Shown piece after piece: positions 1 through 9,641 of a stretch of DNA of 64,000 bases. The translations under genes and the position numbers were made by a program. Origin of the DNA: Paracoccaceae bacterium (lineage in GTDB: Bacteria; Pseudomonadota; Alphaproteobacteria; Rhodobacterales; Rhodobacteraceae); the NCBI GenBank assembly GCA_049291415.1, contig JBATPI010000184.1, positions 1,307 through 65,306 of the forward strand, given 5' to 3'. Position 1 is the first letter of the stretch; every line of letters begins with the position of its first letter. The notes beneath the pieces are model-generated. The model did not search any database, was not told the DNA's origin, and saw only the letters and a program-made list of their open reading frames with translations.

Positions 1-565
1 GCAGGCCCAGAAAGGCCGGGCCGCAATCGGCCGGGTCCAGCATGGTGGCGATGGCATTGGGCAGCGATTGCAGGATCTGGGCCGGATGCGTGATCCGGTC
101 CCAATAGCGGACCACGGGTTTGAACGCGTCATTCACGCCAAAAGTCGGGTCGCCAAAATTCTCCATCTGCTGCAAAACCGGGTCGGGCAGGCGGGAGACA
201 TAGGTGTCACCGCACAAAAGCAGCATCGGCAGGCGGTTGGCATGGGCAAGGGCGGCGCTGGTCAACAGGTTGGCCGCCCCCGGACCGGCACTGGCCGTGC
301 AGAACATGAACCGCTGGCGCAGCCATTGTTTTGCATAGCCAGCAGCGGCAAAGCCCATGCTTTGCTCATTCTGGCCCCGGTACAGTGGCAACTGGTCGCG
401 CACGCCATACAGCGCCTCGCCCAGGCAGGTGACATTGCCATGGCCGAAAATGCCGAACCCGCCCCCGCAAAGACGCATTTCCTGCCCGTCGATTACGATG
501 AACTGGTTGGCCAGATAGCGGATGATGGCCTGTGCGGTGGTCAGGCGAATGGTCTGATCGGTCAC
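1..565 (-). CDS. iolD: IolD-like thiamine-diphosphate enzyme (3D-(3,5/4)-trihydroxycyclohexane-1,2-dione acylhydrolase), N-terminal ~188 codons; gene runs off the left window edge
   Basis: Own reverse translation from GTG (565-563) gives VTDQTIRLTTAQAIIRYLANQFIVIDGQEMRLCGGGFGIFGHGNVTCLGEALY..YRGQNEQSMGFAAAGYAKQ..TASAGPGAANLLTSA..GDTYVSRLPDPVLQQMENFGDP..KPVVRYWDRI. This is collinear with the IolD/TPP-enzyme N-terminal domain. It is not in the ORF track because it is open at the window edge. Track ORF 68..670(+) is its antisense shadow. Confidence 0.8.
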   Translation of the reverse strand, partial: MTDQTIRLTTAQAIIRYLANQFIVIDGQEMRLCGGGFGIFGHGNVTCLGEALYGVRDQLPLYRGQNEQSMGFAAAGYAKQWLRQRFMFCTASAGPGAANLLTSAALAHANRLPMLLLCGDTYVSRLPDPVLQQMENFGDPTFGVNDAFKPVVRYWDRITHPAQILQSLPNAIATMLDPADCGPAFLGL

Positions 566-648
566 GTTCAGGTTTCCTTTTGGGCCAGTCGTCGCATGAT
601 TATGCTGCGATTCCAGCTTGTCATTTGTACGACCCTAGGATACTTAAA

Positions 649-664
649 TTGCAACCGGTTGCAA
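649..664. promoter_or_regulatory. Perfect 16-bp palindrome TTGCAACCGGTTGCAA; candidate LacI-family operator in the divergent iolD/oxidoreductase intergenic region
   Basis: Self-complementary with a central CG, as in LacI/GalR-type operators. A near-identical copy lies at 4958..4973. Over a 27-nt block (649-675 vs 4958-4984) 25/27 positions are identical, including a trailing ATAAAGTGA. Confidence 0.55.
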
Positions 665-688
665 ACATAAAGTGATCAAGGGGCGAAA

Positions 689-1804
689 ATGGCGGGCGCA
701 GAAAAGGGTATCGGGATCGGCATTCTGGGCGGCGGCTATATGGGCAAAGCCCATGCGGTGGCCATGTTGGCGGCGGGGGCGGTTTTCAACACGGCCCTGC
801 GGCCCCGTCTGGAAATGGTTTGCGCCACAAGTGCGGCCAGCGCCGAGGGCTACCGCAAAGCTTATGGCTTTGCACGCGGCACTGATGACTGGCGGGTTCT
901 GGTCAATGACCCGCAGGTCGAGGCGATCATCATCGCTTCGCCACAAAATACGCATCGCGCGGTGGCCGAGGCGGCGTTTGCACTGGGCAAGCCGGTGTTT
1001 TGCGAAAAGCCGATGGGGGCCTCGCTGGAGGACAGTCGGGCGATGGTGGCCGCGGCCGAGGCCAGTGGCTGCGTCAACATGGTGGGCTTCAACTATATCC
1101 GCACCCCCGCCAGCCAATATGCGCGCCAGTTGATCGCCAGTGGCGAGATCGGTGATGTCACCTGGTTTCGCGGCGAGCATACCGAGGATTTTCTGGCCAA
1201 CCCCGAAAGCCCCGCCACATGGCGGACCACAGGCATGGCGAATGGCACGATGGGCGATCTGGCCCCACATATGATCAACGCGGCGCTGGCCCTGATTGGG
1301 CCCATTGACAGGCTGATTGCCGAAGTGGAAACCGTCCACAAAACGCGCCCCGGCGGCACGGTCAACAATGATGACCACGCCCAGATGATGTGCCGCTTTG
1401 CCAGCGGGGCGATGGGGCAGATGTATTTCAGTCGCATCTCAACGGGCCGCAAGATGGGCTATGCCTATGAGGTGGTCGGCACCAAGGGCACGATCCGCTT
1501 TGATCAGGAAGACCAGAACGCGCTCTGGCTGTACCGCGCCACCGGCTCCGAGGCCAACCGTGGCTTCACCAAGATACTGACCGGTCCGGAGCATCCCGAC
1601 TATCTGCCGTTTTGCCAAGGGCCGGGCCATGGCACCGGCTATCAGGACCAGATCATCATCGAGGCGAAAGACTTCCTGGAGGCGATACACAGCGGCAAAT
1701 CCCTCTGGCCAACCTTCCATGACGGTATGCTGGTCAACCAGATTGTCGCCGCCGCAATCGCCTCATCCACCACCAAAACCTGGGCCGATGTTGCCAAGTT
1801 TTAA
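689..1804 (+). CDS. Gfo/Idh/MocA-family NAD(P)-dependent oxidoreductase (inositol dehydrogenase-like)
   Basis: 371 aa. N-terminal Rossmann segment GIGILGGGYMGKAH and family EKP motif (VFCEKPM). Lies next to iolD and a sugar ABC transporter. Confidence 0.8.
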   Translation: MAGAEKGIGIGILGGGYMGKAHAVAMLAAGAVFNTALRPRLEMVCATSAASAEGYRKAYGFARGTDDWRVLVNDPQVEAIIIASPQNTHRAVAEAAFALGKPVFCEKPMGASLEDSRAMVAAAEASGCVNMVGFNYIRTPASQYARQLIASGEIGDVTWFRGEHTEDFLANPESPATWRTTGMANGTMGDLAPHMINAALALIGPIDRLIAEVETVHKTRPGGTVNNDDHAQMMCRFASGAMGQMYFSRISTGRKMGYAYEVVGTKGTIRFDQEDQNALWLYRATGSEANRGFTKILTGPEHPDYLPFCQGPGHGTGYQDQIIIEAKDFLEAIHSGKSLWPTFHDGMLVNQIVAAAIASSTTKTWADVAKF

Positions 1805-1823
1805 CACATTGAAAGGCACTGAA

Positions 1824-2714
1824 ATGACGATCCGTATCGGCAATGCCCCCTGTTCCTGGGGCATCGAATTTCCCAGTGACCCATCCTATCCCACATGGCA
1901 GTCGGTTCTCGATCAATGCGCGGGCGCGGGCTACAAGGGGATCGAGCTGGGCCCCATCGGGTTCATGCCCGAAGATCCGGCCATCCTTGCCCCGGCGTTG
2001 GCCGAGCGGGATCTGTCGATCATCGGGGGCGTGGTGTTCCGCCCGTTCCACGATGCTGCCAAATGGGACGAGGTGCTGGACGCCAGCGTTCGGACCTGCA
2101 AGGCGCTGGTGGCGCATGGTGCGCAGCATCTGGTGCTGATCGACAGCATCTCGCCGCGCCGCGCGCCGACTGCTGGCCGTGCCGCCGAGGCCGAGCAGAT
2201 GGACACCGACAAATGGGCCGCCTTTCGCGACCGTATCGCCGCCATCGCCCGCATCGGCACCGAGGAATACGGCTTGACCGTGGGCATCCACGCCCATGCG
2301 GCGGGCTTTATGGATTTTGAGCCGGAGTTGGAGCGTCTGCTGGACGAGGTCGACGAAAGCATCCTGAAAATCTGTTTCGACACTGGCCATCATTCCTATG
2401 CGGGCTATGATCCGGTGGCGTTTATGGACCGGCACATGGACCGGATCTCCTACATGCACTTCAAGGACATCAACCCAAAGGTGAAGGCCGACGTCGTCGC
2501 CAACCGGACCGATTTCTACAAGGCCTGCGGTCAGGGCATCTTCTGCAATCTGGGCAAGGGCGATGTGGACTTCCCCGCCGTGCGCCAGCGCCTGCTGGAC
2601 GCCGGGTTCGCGGGCTGGTGTACCGTTGAGCAGGACTGTGATCCGTCTATGCCCGGCACCCCGCTGGAAGACGCGCGGGCCAACCGCGAATACCTGCAAT
2701 CCATTGGTTTTTAA
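1824..2714 (+). CDS. Xylose-isomerase-like TIM-barrel protein (sugar phosphate isomerase/epimerase; IolE/IolI-like)
   Basis: Start set at ATG 1824 (MTIRIGNAPCSWGIEF..) just after GAAAGG. The 5' part of track ORF 1629.. overlaps the preceding gene. 296 aa with a typical ..YKGIELGP.. / ..FDTGH.. / ..WCTVEQD.. pattern. Confidence 0.7.
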   Translation: MTIRIGNAPCSWGIEFPSDPSYPTWQSVLDQCAGAGYKGIELGPIGFMPEDPAILAPALAERDLSIIGGVVFRPFHDAAKWDEVLDASVRTCKALVAHGAQHLVLIDSISPRRAPTAGRAAEAEQMDTDKWAAFRDRIAAIARIGTEEYGLTVGIHAHAAGFMDFEPELERLLDEVDESILKICFDTGHHSYAGYDPVAFMDRHMDRISYMHFKDINPKVKADVVANRTDFYKACGQGIFCNLGKGDVDFPAVRQRLLDAGFAGWCTVEQDCDPSMPGTPLEDARANREYLQSIGF

Positions 2715-2726
2715 GGATACCTGACC

Positions 2727-3860
2727 ATGACAAAGCTGAAATGGGGCATGATTGGCGGCGGCGAGGGCAGCCAGATCGGGCCAGCCCACCGACTTGGCGC
2801 GCTCGCCGATGGGCACTTTGAATTCGCCGCGGGCGCGCTGGATCACCGCGCAGCAGAGGGGCGTGAGTATGGCCAGCGCTTGGGCATAGCCGCCGACCGC
2901 GCCTATGGCGATTGGACGGAAATGCTGGCGGGCGAAAAGGGTCGCGCTGACCGGGTCGATCTGGTCACGGTTGCAACCCCCAACGCCACGCATTTCGAGA
3001 TTACCAAGGCGTTTCTTGAGGCCGGTTTCAACGTGCTGTGCGAAAAGCCGATGACGATGACGGTCGAGGAAGGCGAGGACGTCGTCCGCGTCGCCGCCAA
3101 AACCGGCAAGATCTGCGCGGTGAACTACTGCTACTCCGCCTATCCGATGGTGCGTCAGGCCCGGGCCATGGTGCGGGCGGGCGAGTTGGGCAAGATCCGT
3201 CTGGTGGTCACCAACTTCAGCCACGGCCACCACGGCGACGGCGCCAATGCTGACAACCCGCGCGTGCGCTGGCGCTATGACCCGGCTATGGCGGGCGTCT
3301 CGGGTCAGTTTGCCGATTGCGGCATTCACGCGCTGCATATGGCCAGTTTCATCTGTGACGATCAGGTGGAAAGACTGTCGGCCGATTTCGCCTCGACCAT
3401 TTCCAGCCGGGTGCTGGAAGATGATGCGATGGTCAACTTCCGTATGACCGGCGGCACCGTCGGGCGTCTGTGGACATCGTCGGTGGCGATCGGGCGGCAG
3501 CACGGGTTTGAGATTCAGGTCTTTGGCGAGACCGGTGGGTTCCGCTGGGCATCCGAGCAGCCAAACCAGTTGATCTATACGCCGGTGAACGGGCGTACCC
3601 AGGTCATCGAAAAGGGTGAAGGCGGTTTGCATGCCGATGCGCAGCGCCTGAGCCGTGTGTCCATCGCGCACCCCGAAGGCTTTCCGCTCGCGGTCGCCAA
3701 TATCTACTGCGATCTGGCCGATGCCATTCGGGGTCAGACGCGCGACGGATTGCCGCTTGCGGCCGACGGATTGCGGTCGATGGCCGCGGTGCATGCGTCG
3801 GTGGCGTCAGCCAAGGCAGACGGCGCATGGACTGATGCCCGCCCGCCGATGTTCCGCTAG
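2727..3860 (+). CDS. Gfo/Idh/MocA-family oxidoreductase (second paralog)
   Basis: 377 aa. MTKLKWGMIGGGEGSQIGPAH Rossmann N-terminus and VLCEKPM motif. Confidence 0.8.
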   Translation: MTKLKWGMIGGGEGSQIGPAHRLGALADGHFEFAAGALDHRAAEGREYGQRLGIAADRAYGDWTEMLAGEKGRADRVDLVTVATPNATHFEITKAFLEAGFNVLCEKPMTMTVEEGEDVVRVAAKTGKICAVNYCYSAYPMVRQARAMVRAGELGKIRLVVTNFSHGHHGDGANADNPRVRWRYDPAMAGVSGQFADCGIHALHMASFICDDQVERLSADFASTISSRVLEDDAMVNFRMTGGTVGRLWTSSVAIGRQHGFEIQVFGETGGFRWASEQPNQLIYTPVNGRTQVIEKGEGGLHADAQRLSRVSIAHPEGFPLAVANIYCDLADAIRGQTRDGLPLAADGLRSMAAVHASVASAKADGAWTDARPPMFR

Positions 3861-3864
3861 CCTC

Positions 3865-4878
3865 TTACGCTGCGCCCGTTGATGGCAACGGGCGCAGCGT
3901 TCCACGCTCTATGATCTTGCAGGCGAATATCCGCACTTCGGGCGCGCGCGAAGGGTCGCGCAGCATCGCGGTCATCAACTCGGTTGATGAGTTCACAATG
4001 TCTGGGATGGGTTGGCGGATGGTCGTCAGATTGATGTTCTGCCACCCCGCCATCGCCATATCATTCAGCCCGAGAATGCCGATATCGCCGGGCACCGATA
4101 GCCCCCGGTCCTGTATCGCCGACAGCGCGCCAATAGACAGCACGTCATCGCCGCAGAAATACGCCTCGGCAGGGGTGCCCGCCAACAAGGTCTGCATCTC
4201 GCGGCGCCCGGCCTCGAACGAATAGGCGGCGGCAAAAGATGTGCTGACCGTGATCTGCGGGTGGGCGGCCAGCTCGCGCGAAAAACCTTTCAGTCGGTCC
4301 TGGGTTGAGCTTGCAGTCTCGGGCCCGCCCATGAACCCGACGCGCCGGTAGCCGCGCGCCACCAATGAGCGGGCGGCCAAGCGCCCGGCCTCGATGTTGT
4401 CGATGCCGACGACATGCACCTGCGGTGCGCTGCTGATCCGGCCAAAGGCATGCACAACCGGCATGCCCGCATCGCGAAACGCCTTGCCAAAACCCGGCGG
4501 CAGGGTGGATGAGGCCACGACGACGCCATCGACCGAGTATTGTCTGAGCATCCGCACCGACTGGGCGGGATCGGTTTCATCCGTCAGATTGACCAGCAGG
4601 GGCCGCAAACCCTGGTTCTGCAACGCACGGGTAAACAGGTCGAACACCTCAAGAAAGATCGGGTTGTGAAAGTTGTTTGACACGAGGCCTATCATCTTCG
4701 TGCGGCCCGTGGTCAGGCTGGAGGCAAGGACATTCGGGCTGTAGCCCAGCTCTGCCGCCGCTTTTTCCACCAGTTTTCGCATCTTGCCCGAAACCGAAGC
4801 CCCATCGGTAAAGGTGCGCGACACGGCCGAGCGCGACACCCCGGCGCGTATCGCCACGTCTTTCAATGTCGGCGCCAT
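3865..4878 (-). CDS. LacI-family transcriptional regulator, likely repressor of the flanking inositol/sugar genes
   Basis: 337 aa. N-terminal HTH LKDVAIRAGVSRSAVSRTF followed by a periplasmic-binding-protein-like effector domain. Divergent from the ABC transporter operon, with a palindromic operator in the shared intergenic region. Confidence 0.85.
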   Translation of the reverse strand: MAPTLKDVAIRAGVSRSAVSRTFTDGASVSGKMRKLVEKAAAELGYSPNVLASSLTTGRTKMIGLVSNNFHNPIFLEVFDLFTRALQNQGLRPLLVNLTDETDPAQSVRMLRQYSVDGVVVASSTLPPGFGKAFRDAGMPVVHAFGRISSAPQVHVVGIDNIEAGRLAARSLVARGYRRVGFMGGPETASSTQDRLKGFSRELAAHPQITVSTSFAAAYSFEAGRREMQTLLAGTPAEAYFCGDDVLSIGALSAIQDRGLSVPGDIGILGLNDMAMAGWQNINLTTIRQPIPDIVNSSTELMTAMLRDPSRAPEVRIFACKIIERGTLRPLPSTGAA

Positions 4879-4957
4879 GGCTGTCTGCCCTTCTGTAAAG
4901 CCCGATCGTTATAGCGCGGGCGCTTTCCCAGAACAGCCTGCAATCAACGCAGACATT

Positions 4958-4973
4958 TTGCAACCGGTTGCAG
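4958..4973. promoter_or_regulatory. Second copy of the operator palindrome (TTGCAACCGGTTGCAG, 15/16) between the LacI regulator and the ABC transporter operon
   Basis: See 649..664. It lies in the divergent promoter region, which is consistent with autoregulation plus transporter control. Confidence 0.55.
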
Positions 4974-5056
4974 AAATAAAGTGAATGTGCTTTAGTGGAT
5001 TCGGAAGGCCGGCGAGATCGGCCTTCCAACAGAACATGTGTTACAGGGAGAGAGAG

Positions 5057-6007
5057 ATGGCTTCAGTTTTCAAGACATTGGTTATGACGACGGCGTTGGT
5101 CGCAGCACCGCTGATGAGTGCGACACAAGCGGTGGCAGACGGCGAACGCTATGTTCTGGTCAGCCACGCGCCTGACAGCGACACTTGGTGGAACACCGTC
5201 AAGAACGGCATCAATCTGGCTGGTCAGCAAATGGGCGTCACGGTCGAATACAGCAACCCGCCCTCGGGTGACATCGCCGATATGGCGCGCTTGATCGATC
5301 AGGCGGCGGCATCAAAGCCCGATGGCATCATCACCACGCTGGCTGATTTTGATGTGTTGAAAGGGCCGATCAAAAATGCCGTCGATCAGGGCATCGACGT
5401 GATCATCATGAACACAGGCACCCCCGAGCAAGCCCGCGAAGTGGGCGCGCTGATGTATGTGGGCCAGCCCGAATATGACGCAGGTCTTGCCGCAGGAATG
5501 CGTGCCAAGGGCGACGGCGTGACCAATTTCGTCTGCGTCAACCATGCGATCCAGCAGCCCACCGTGGCCGAGCGTTGCCGTGGCTTTGCCGATGGTCTGG
5601 GTGTCGAGTTGGGTTCGTCCATGATGGACAGCGGCACCGACCCTGCCGAGGTCAAGAACAAGGTTCTGGCCTATCTGGCAGCAAACCCGGAGACAAACGG
5701 CATCCTGACCCTTGGTCCGGTGTCGGCTGATCCGACCATTGCCGCGCTGAAAGAAAACGGCATGGCAGGCCAGATCTATTTCGGCACCTTCGATCTGGGT
5801 GAAGAAATCATCAAAGGGATCAAGGATGGCACCATCGCATGGGGCATCGACCAGCAACCGTTCTTGCAGGCCTATCTGCCGGTTGTGATCCTGACCAACT
5901 ACGACCGTTACGGCGTGTTGCCGGGTAACAACATCAACTCGGGCCCGGGTTTTGTGACCAAGGATGCCTTGCAAAAGGTCGAAGAGTTCGCTGGCGAATA
6001 CCGCTAG
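5057..6007 (+). CDS. Sugar ABC transporter periplasmic substrate-binding protein
   Basis: Start set at ATG 5057 after GGGAGAGAGAG. Signal peptide MASVFKTLVMTTALVAAPLMSATQAVA/DG. 316 aa with a ribose/inositol-type binding-protein fold pattern. Confidence 0.85.
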   Translation: MASVFKTLVMTTALVAAPLMSATQAVADGERYVLVSHAPDSDTWWNTVKNGINLAGQQMGVTVEYSNPPSGDIADMARLIDQAAASKPDGIITTLADFDVLKGPIKNAVDQGIDVIIMNTGTPEQAREVGALMYVGQPEYDAGLAAGMRAKGDGVTNFVCVNHAIQQPTVAERCRGFADGLGVELGSSMMDSGTDPAEVKNKVLAYLAANPETNGILTLGPVSADPTIAALKENGMAGQIYFGTFDLGEEIIKGIKDGTIAWGIDQQPFLQAYLPVVILTNYDRYGVLPGNNINSGPGFVTKDALQKVEEFAGEYR

Positions 6008-6020
6008 TTTTTGCAGGGAG

Positions 6021-6068
6021 GGGACGGCCAGTTCACACTGGCCGCCCTGTCTTTACCGCCTCGGCGGT
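6021..6068 (+). terminator. Two intercistronic stem-loops between the SBP and permease genes (possible partial terminator/mRNA stabiliser)
   Basis: GGGACGGCCAG-TTCACA-CTGGCCGCCC (one bulge), then ACCGCC-TC-GGCGGT followed by CTTT. Hairpins of this kind are common after ABC binding-protein genes. Confidence 0.35.
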
Positions 6069-6086
6069 CTTTGGGAGAGGAACCAG

Positions 6087-7208
6087 ATGTCTGATACGCC
6101 AGCAAACCAACCCGCCGACGAGCGGGTTAAATCCAGGTCGCGCCTCAGGCAAGCCCTGGTCGGCCCAGAGCTTGGCGGCATCTGCGGCACGGTTCTTGTC
6201 TTTACCTTTTTCCTATTTACGGCCTTCGACTCCGGCATGTTCGGCGCCGCAGGTGTGTTGAACTGGTCCGTCGTTTCTGCCCAGTTCATGATCATCGCTA
6301 TCGGCGCCTGCCTGTTGATGATCGCAGGCGAGTTCGACCTTTCCATAGGCTCGATGATCGGCTTTGCGGGCATGTTGATTGCCATTTTCAGCGTGCAAAT
6401 GGGCTGGCCGGTCTGGATCGCCATTTTGGTCACCTTCGTTTTGTGCATGGCCATTGGTGCGCTGAATGGCTGGATTGTTGTGCGAACCGGGTTGCCCAGT
6501 TTCATCGTGACGCTGGCGTCCCTGTTCATCCTGCGCGGCTTTACGATTTATCTGCCGCAAACCCTTGTGAACAAGACCATAATCGGTGGCATCGTCGAGA
6601 AAGCCGAGGGCGATTGGCTGGCACAGCTGTTTGGCGGCAAGATCCTGACAGGGCTGTTCCAATGGTTCGGCGATATTGGCCTGATCGAGACGTTCTCAGC
6701 CGGAACACGGCAGGGGCAGCCGGTCGTTGACGGCATCCCGATGCTGATCGTCTGGGCCCTGGGCCTGATTGTGTTCGGGCATGTGCTGCTGACAAAAACC
6801 CGCTTCGGCAACTGGATTTTTGCCGCCGGGGGCGACGCGGAATCGGCGCGCAATTCGGGGGTGCCGGTCGACCGGGTGAAAATTCTGATGTTCGTGTTCA
6901 CCGCCTTTTGCGCCACGGTTTTCGCAACCTGTCAGGTGATGGAATTCGGTTCCGCGGGCGCGGATCGTGGTTTGCTGAAAGAATTCGAGGCAATCATTGC
7001 CGTGGTGATCGGCGGAGCGTTGCTGACCGGCGGCTATGGGTCGGTGCTGGGCGCCGCCCTTGGCGCGCTGATCTTTGGTGTGGTGCAGCAGGGCCTGTTC
7101 TTTGCAGGGGTCGAAAGCTCGCTGTTCCGGGTGTTCCTTGGCATCATCTTGTTGTTAGCGGTTGTGCTGAACACCTACATTCGCCGCATCATCACGGGGG
7201 AGAAATGA
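6087..7208 (+). CDS. Sugar ABC transporter permease
   Basis: Start set at ATG 6087 after GGGAGAGG. 373 aa and highly hydrophobic with multiple TM segments (ribose/xylose-type permease pattern). Confidence 0.85.
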   Translation: MSDTPANQPADERVKSRSRLRQALVGPELGGICGTVLVFTFFLFTAFDSGMFGAAGVLNWSVVSAQFMIIAIGACLLMIAGEFDLSIGSMIGFAGMLIAIFSVQMGWPVWIAILVTFVLCMAIGALNGWIVVRTGLPSFIVTLASLFILRGFTIYLPQTLVNKTIIGGIVEKAEGDWLAQLFGGKILTGLFQWFGDIGLIETFSAGTRQGQPVVDGIPMLIVWALGLIVFGHVLLTKTRFGNWIFAAGGDAESARNSGVPVDRVKILMFVFTAFCATVFATCQVMEFGSAGADRGLLKEFEAIIAVVIGGALLTGGYGSVLGAALGALIFGVVQQGLFFAGVESSLFRVFLGIILLLAVVLNTYIRRIITGEK

Positions 7209-7209
7209 T

Positions 7210-7998
7210 ATGACCAACGCAGCCACCCCAATCCTTCAGATGAAGGGCATTGAGAAACATTTTGGCCCCGTGATTGCTTTGGCCGGTGTATCGGTCGATC
7301 TGTTCCCCGGCGAATGTCACTGCCTGCTTGGAGACAATGGCGCGGGGAAATCCACGTTCATCAAGACCATGTCCGGCGTGCATAAACCCACCAAGGGCGA
7401 GATCCTGTTTGAGGGCCGCCCGATGCGCTTCGCCGATCCGCGCGATGCCATCGCGGCAGGGATTGCCACCGTGCACCAGCATCTGGCGATGATCCCGTTG
7501 ATGTCGGTCGCGCGCAATTTCTTTATGGGAAATGAGCCGACGCGCAAGGTTGGCCCTCTAAAGTTTTTTGACCACGAGTTTGCCAACCGGGTCACGATGG
7601 AGGAGATGTCCAAGATGGGCATCAATCTGCGCGGTCCGGATCAGGCGGTTGGCACCCTTTCGGGGGGCGAGCGTCAGACGGTCGCGATTGCCCGTGCGGT
7701 TTATTTCGGCGCCAAGGTGCTGATCCTTGATGAACCAACCTCGGCGCTTGGCGTGCGGCAGACCGCCAACGTGCTGGCCACCATTGCAGCCGTGCGCAAG
7801 CAGGGTATCAGCGTGGTGCTGATCACGCATAACGTGCGCCACGCTATGGCCGTGGGCGACCGGTTTACCGTGCTCAACCGCGGGAAAACCATGGGCACGG
7901 CAGAGCGGGGCCAGATCGCTGCGGAAGAGTTGCAAGATCTGATGGCCGGCGGGCAAGAGTTGGTGGAACTTGAAGGCAGTCTTGGTGGAACGGTTTGA
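7210..7998 (+). CDS. Sugar ABC transporter ATP-binding protein (single nucleotide-binding domain)
   Basis: 262 aa. Walker [10 protein letters not shown], signature LSGGERQ, Walker B LILDEPT. Confidence 0.9.
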   Translation: MTNAATPILQMKGIEKHFGPVIALAGVSVDLFPGECHCLLGDNGAGKSTFIKTMSGVHKPTKGEILFEGRPMRFADPRDAIAAGIATVHQHLAMIPLMSVARNFFMGNEPTRKVGPLKFFDHEFANRVTMEEMSKMGINLRGPDQAVGTLSGGERQTVAIARAVYFGAKVLILDEPTSALGVRQTANVLATIAAVRKQGISVVLITHNVRHAMAVGDRFTVLNRGKTMGTAERGQIAAEELQDLMAGGQELVELEGSLGGTV

Positions 7999-8502
7999 AA
8001 TAACGGGCAAACGCTGACCTGCCCCCCGGCCGCCGCCTCCGCGAGGAAGGCTGGCTGCAGGCGTAGAGTCGCTGGCCGTGATGCTGGATCAACGTGGCGC
8101 CTTCCAAGTGCTGAATGGCGCGGATTATGACATCTGGTAGGGTGCCTATCTGGGCATGGAAAACCAACTCTTGCGCGCCGGACGGCTGGGCGATGTGTGG
8201 CCCGATCTCATAACCATGCTGCAGGTGCAGCCCGATGCCCCCCAACCCACCTCTCCATGAACTGGCATGACTACAACGTTGCAATGGCAAGGTGTTGGAC
8301 CTGCACCCATTTCGTTTCGATCTAGGTGCTCGTTCAGGTCACCTTCCGTTCGACGGCGACAGGGATCATCAACCCAACGTGTCCATCGCGTCAACTCGCA
8401 AAGTTTGCAACAGATCCATATAGATGACCTTGGCTTCAGCGCTCTCCTTCGACCGAGGCCGAACTATGCGACTGAGCCGATGCGGGCCATTGCTGGCAGG
8501 GA

Positions 8503-9636
8503 TCAGCTTTTGTTCAGCTTGGCCTGTTCAAGCGACCAATACTCCATGTCGAACAGTTCTGCCTCGCGGATGGGGCTGAAATGTCCGACTGCTTCGGCGG
8601 CAAGCAGGATGCAGGCGGTCTGCTCCCACAGATCTCCCACGATACGCGCTGCCTTTGGGGTGTTGCCCAAACCATAGATACCCAGCCCCGGCACCAGAAC
8701 CGCACGCGGCTGGGCGTCAAGCATTGTCTTGGGTTCGGTCGCAAAGGCCGCCCCACGGCGGAAATACTGCAGGTAGCGGTGGGTAAACTCTGCAAGGGCA
8801 GACTGGATCGTTGCCGTATCGGCCCCGCGCGGCAACAACATGGGAAACGGCTTTATGCGGATAACGTGGTCGGGTGTCACTGTGCCACGCAGATCCAGCC
8901 CAGCCAGATCGGGTCGCGCCAGCAGTTTCAGTATCGACGGCGTGGCGCGGAAATCCAGCGCTGGGTCTGGCCCAAGCGCCCCACCCGCCAGCGCATCTTC
9001 GGCCAGCGTGACAAAACCGATCATGCGTTCATAACTGTCGCGGGCCGTATCGGCAAAGGTGAACAGTCCGTGTTTTTCCAGCCAAAGGCCCTGCACCGAA
9101 GGGTCTGCCCGGAACACGCGGTCACAGGCAAGGCCCAGAGCATAGCCGGGCATCACATAGGGCACGAACCCCAGCCTGCCACCATAGATCTGCTCCACCA
9201 GCGGGCCCATGCCATCCTGATCGGCCAGTGCCAGCACCGCGGTTGCATGGCGGTGATCAACAAAGGCAAAGGGCAAGAAGGCGTGCAGCAACGCCTCGAC
9301 CGAGGGATTGGGGGCAGTCGGGTCCAGCAGATTGGCGCGCAAAAAGGCCACCATGTCAGGGTCAGACATGGTGGCGATATGTCGCGCCTTCAGCAGGGGC
9401 GCCAGATACATCGCCGGCAGGCCTGGTGCTTCGATATCGCCAAGATCCCAACCAGATCCCTTGACATGGATCGTCATTCCTTGGGGCCCGTCGATCTTGA
9501 CCGATGTATTGCCTCCGCCATGCAGCACCAGATCGGGGTCTTGCCCGATCAACCGCGAGCTATAGACCCGCAGGCCCAGGGCCCAGGGCCTCGGGCTGAC
9601 CCGCTGCCCTAGCACGGTCGCCCAAGGGCTGCGCAT
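8503..9636 (-). CDS. Class II aldolase/adducin-domain protein; appears to be the aldolase half of a bifunctional aldolase/short-chain dehydrogenase, ending at the inter-domain linker
   Basis: 377 aa. Carries RVYSSRLIGQDPDLVLHGGGNTSVK, KGSGWDL, NPSVEALLHAF and FVDHRHA, and ends ..EYWSLEQAKLNKS*. From memory, the full-length bifunctional family continues from this point into a GxxxGxG SDR domain, which is absent here. Confidence 0.6.
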   Translation of the reverse strand: MRSPWATVLGQRVSPRPWALGLRVYSSRLIGQDPDLVLHGGGNTSVKIDGPQGMTIHVKGSGWDLGDIEAPGLPAMYLAPLLKARHIATMSDPDMVAFLRANLLDPTAPNPSVEALLHAFLPFAFVDHRHATAVLALADQDGMGPLVEQIYGGRLGFVPYVMPGYALGLACDRVFRADPSVQGLWLEKHGLFTFADTARDSYERMIGFVTLAEDALAGGALGPDPALDFRATPSILKLLARPDLAGLDLRGTVTPDHVIRIKPFPMLLPRGADTATIQSALAEFTHRYLQYFRRGAAFATEPKTMLDAQPRAVLVPGLGIYGLGNTPKAARIVGDLWEQTACILLAAEAVGHFSPIREAELFDMEYWSLEQAKLNKS

Positions 9637-9641
9637 CGGTT

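Noticed and set aside
68-670. 200-aa plus-strand ORF at the window start
   Set aside because: It is the antisense shadow of the iolD N-terminus. The minus-strand translation gives an unmistakable TPP-enzyme sequence, and the plus-strand product has no recognisable features.
1734-3794. 686-aa minus-strand ORF spanning two plus-strand genes
   Set aside because: It is a typical high-GC antisense shadow ORF, Arg/Gly/His-rich and low in complexity. It overlaps well-supported TIM-barrel and Gfo/Idh/MocA genes on the plus strand.
8581-9612. 343-aa plus-strand ORF opposite the aldolase gene
   Set aside because: It is a shadow ORF. The minus-strand product carries conserved aldolase motifs, and the plus-strand product is Arg/Gln/Gly-rich with no motif.
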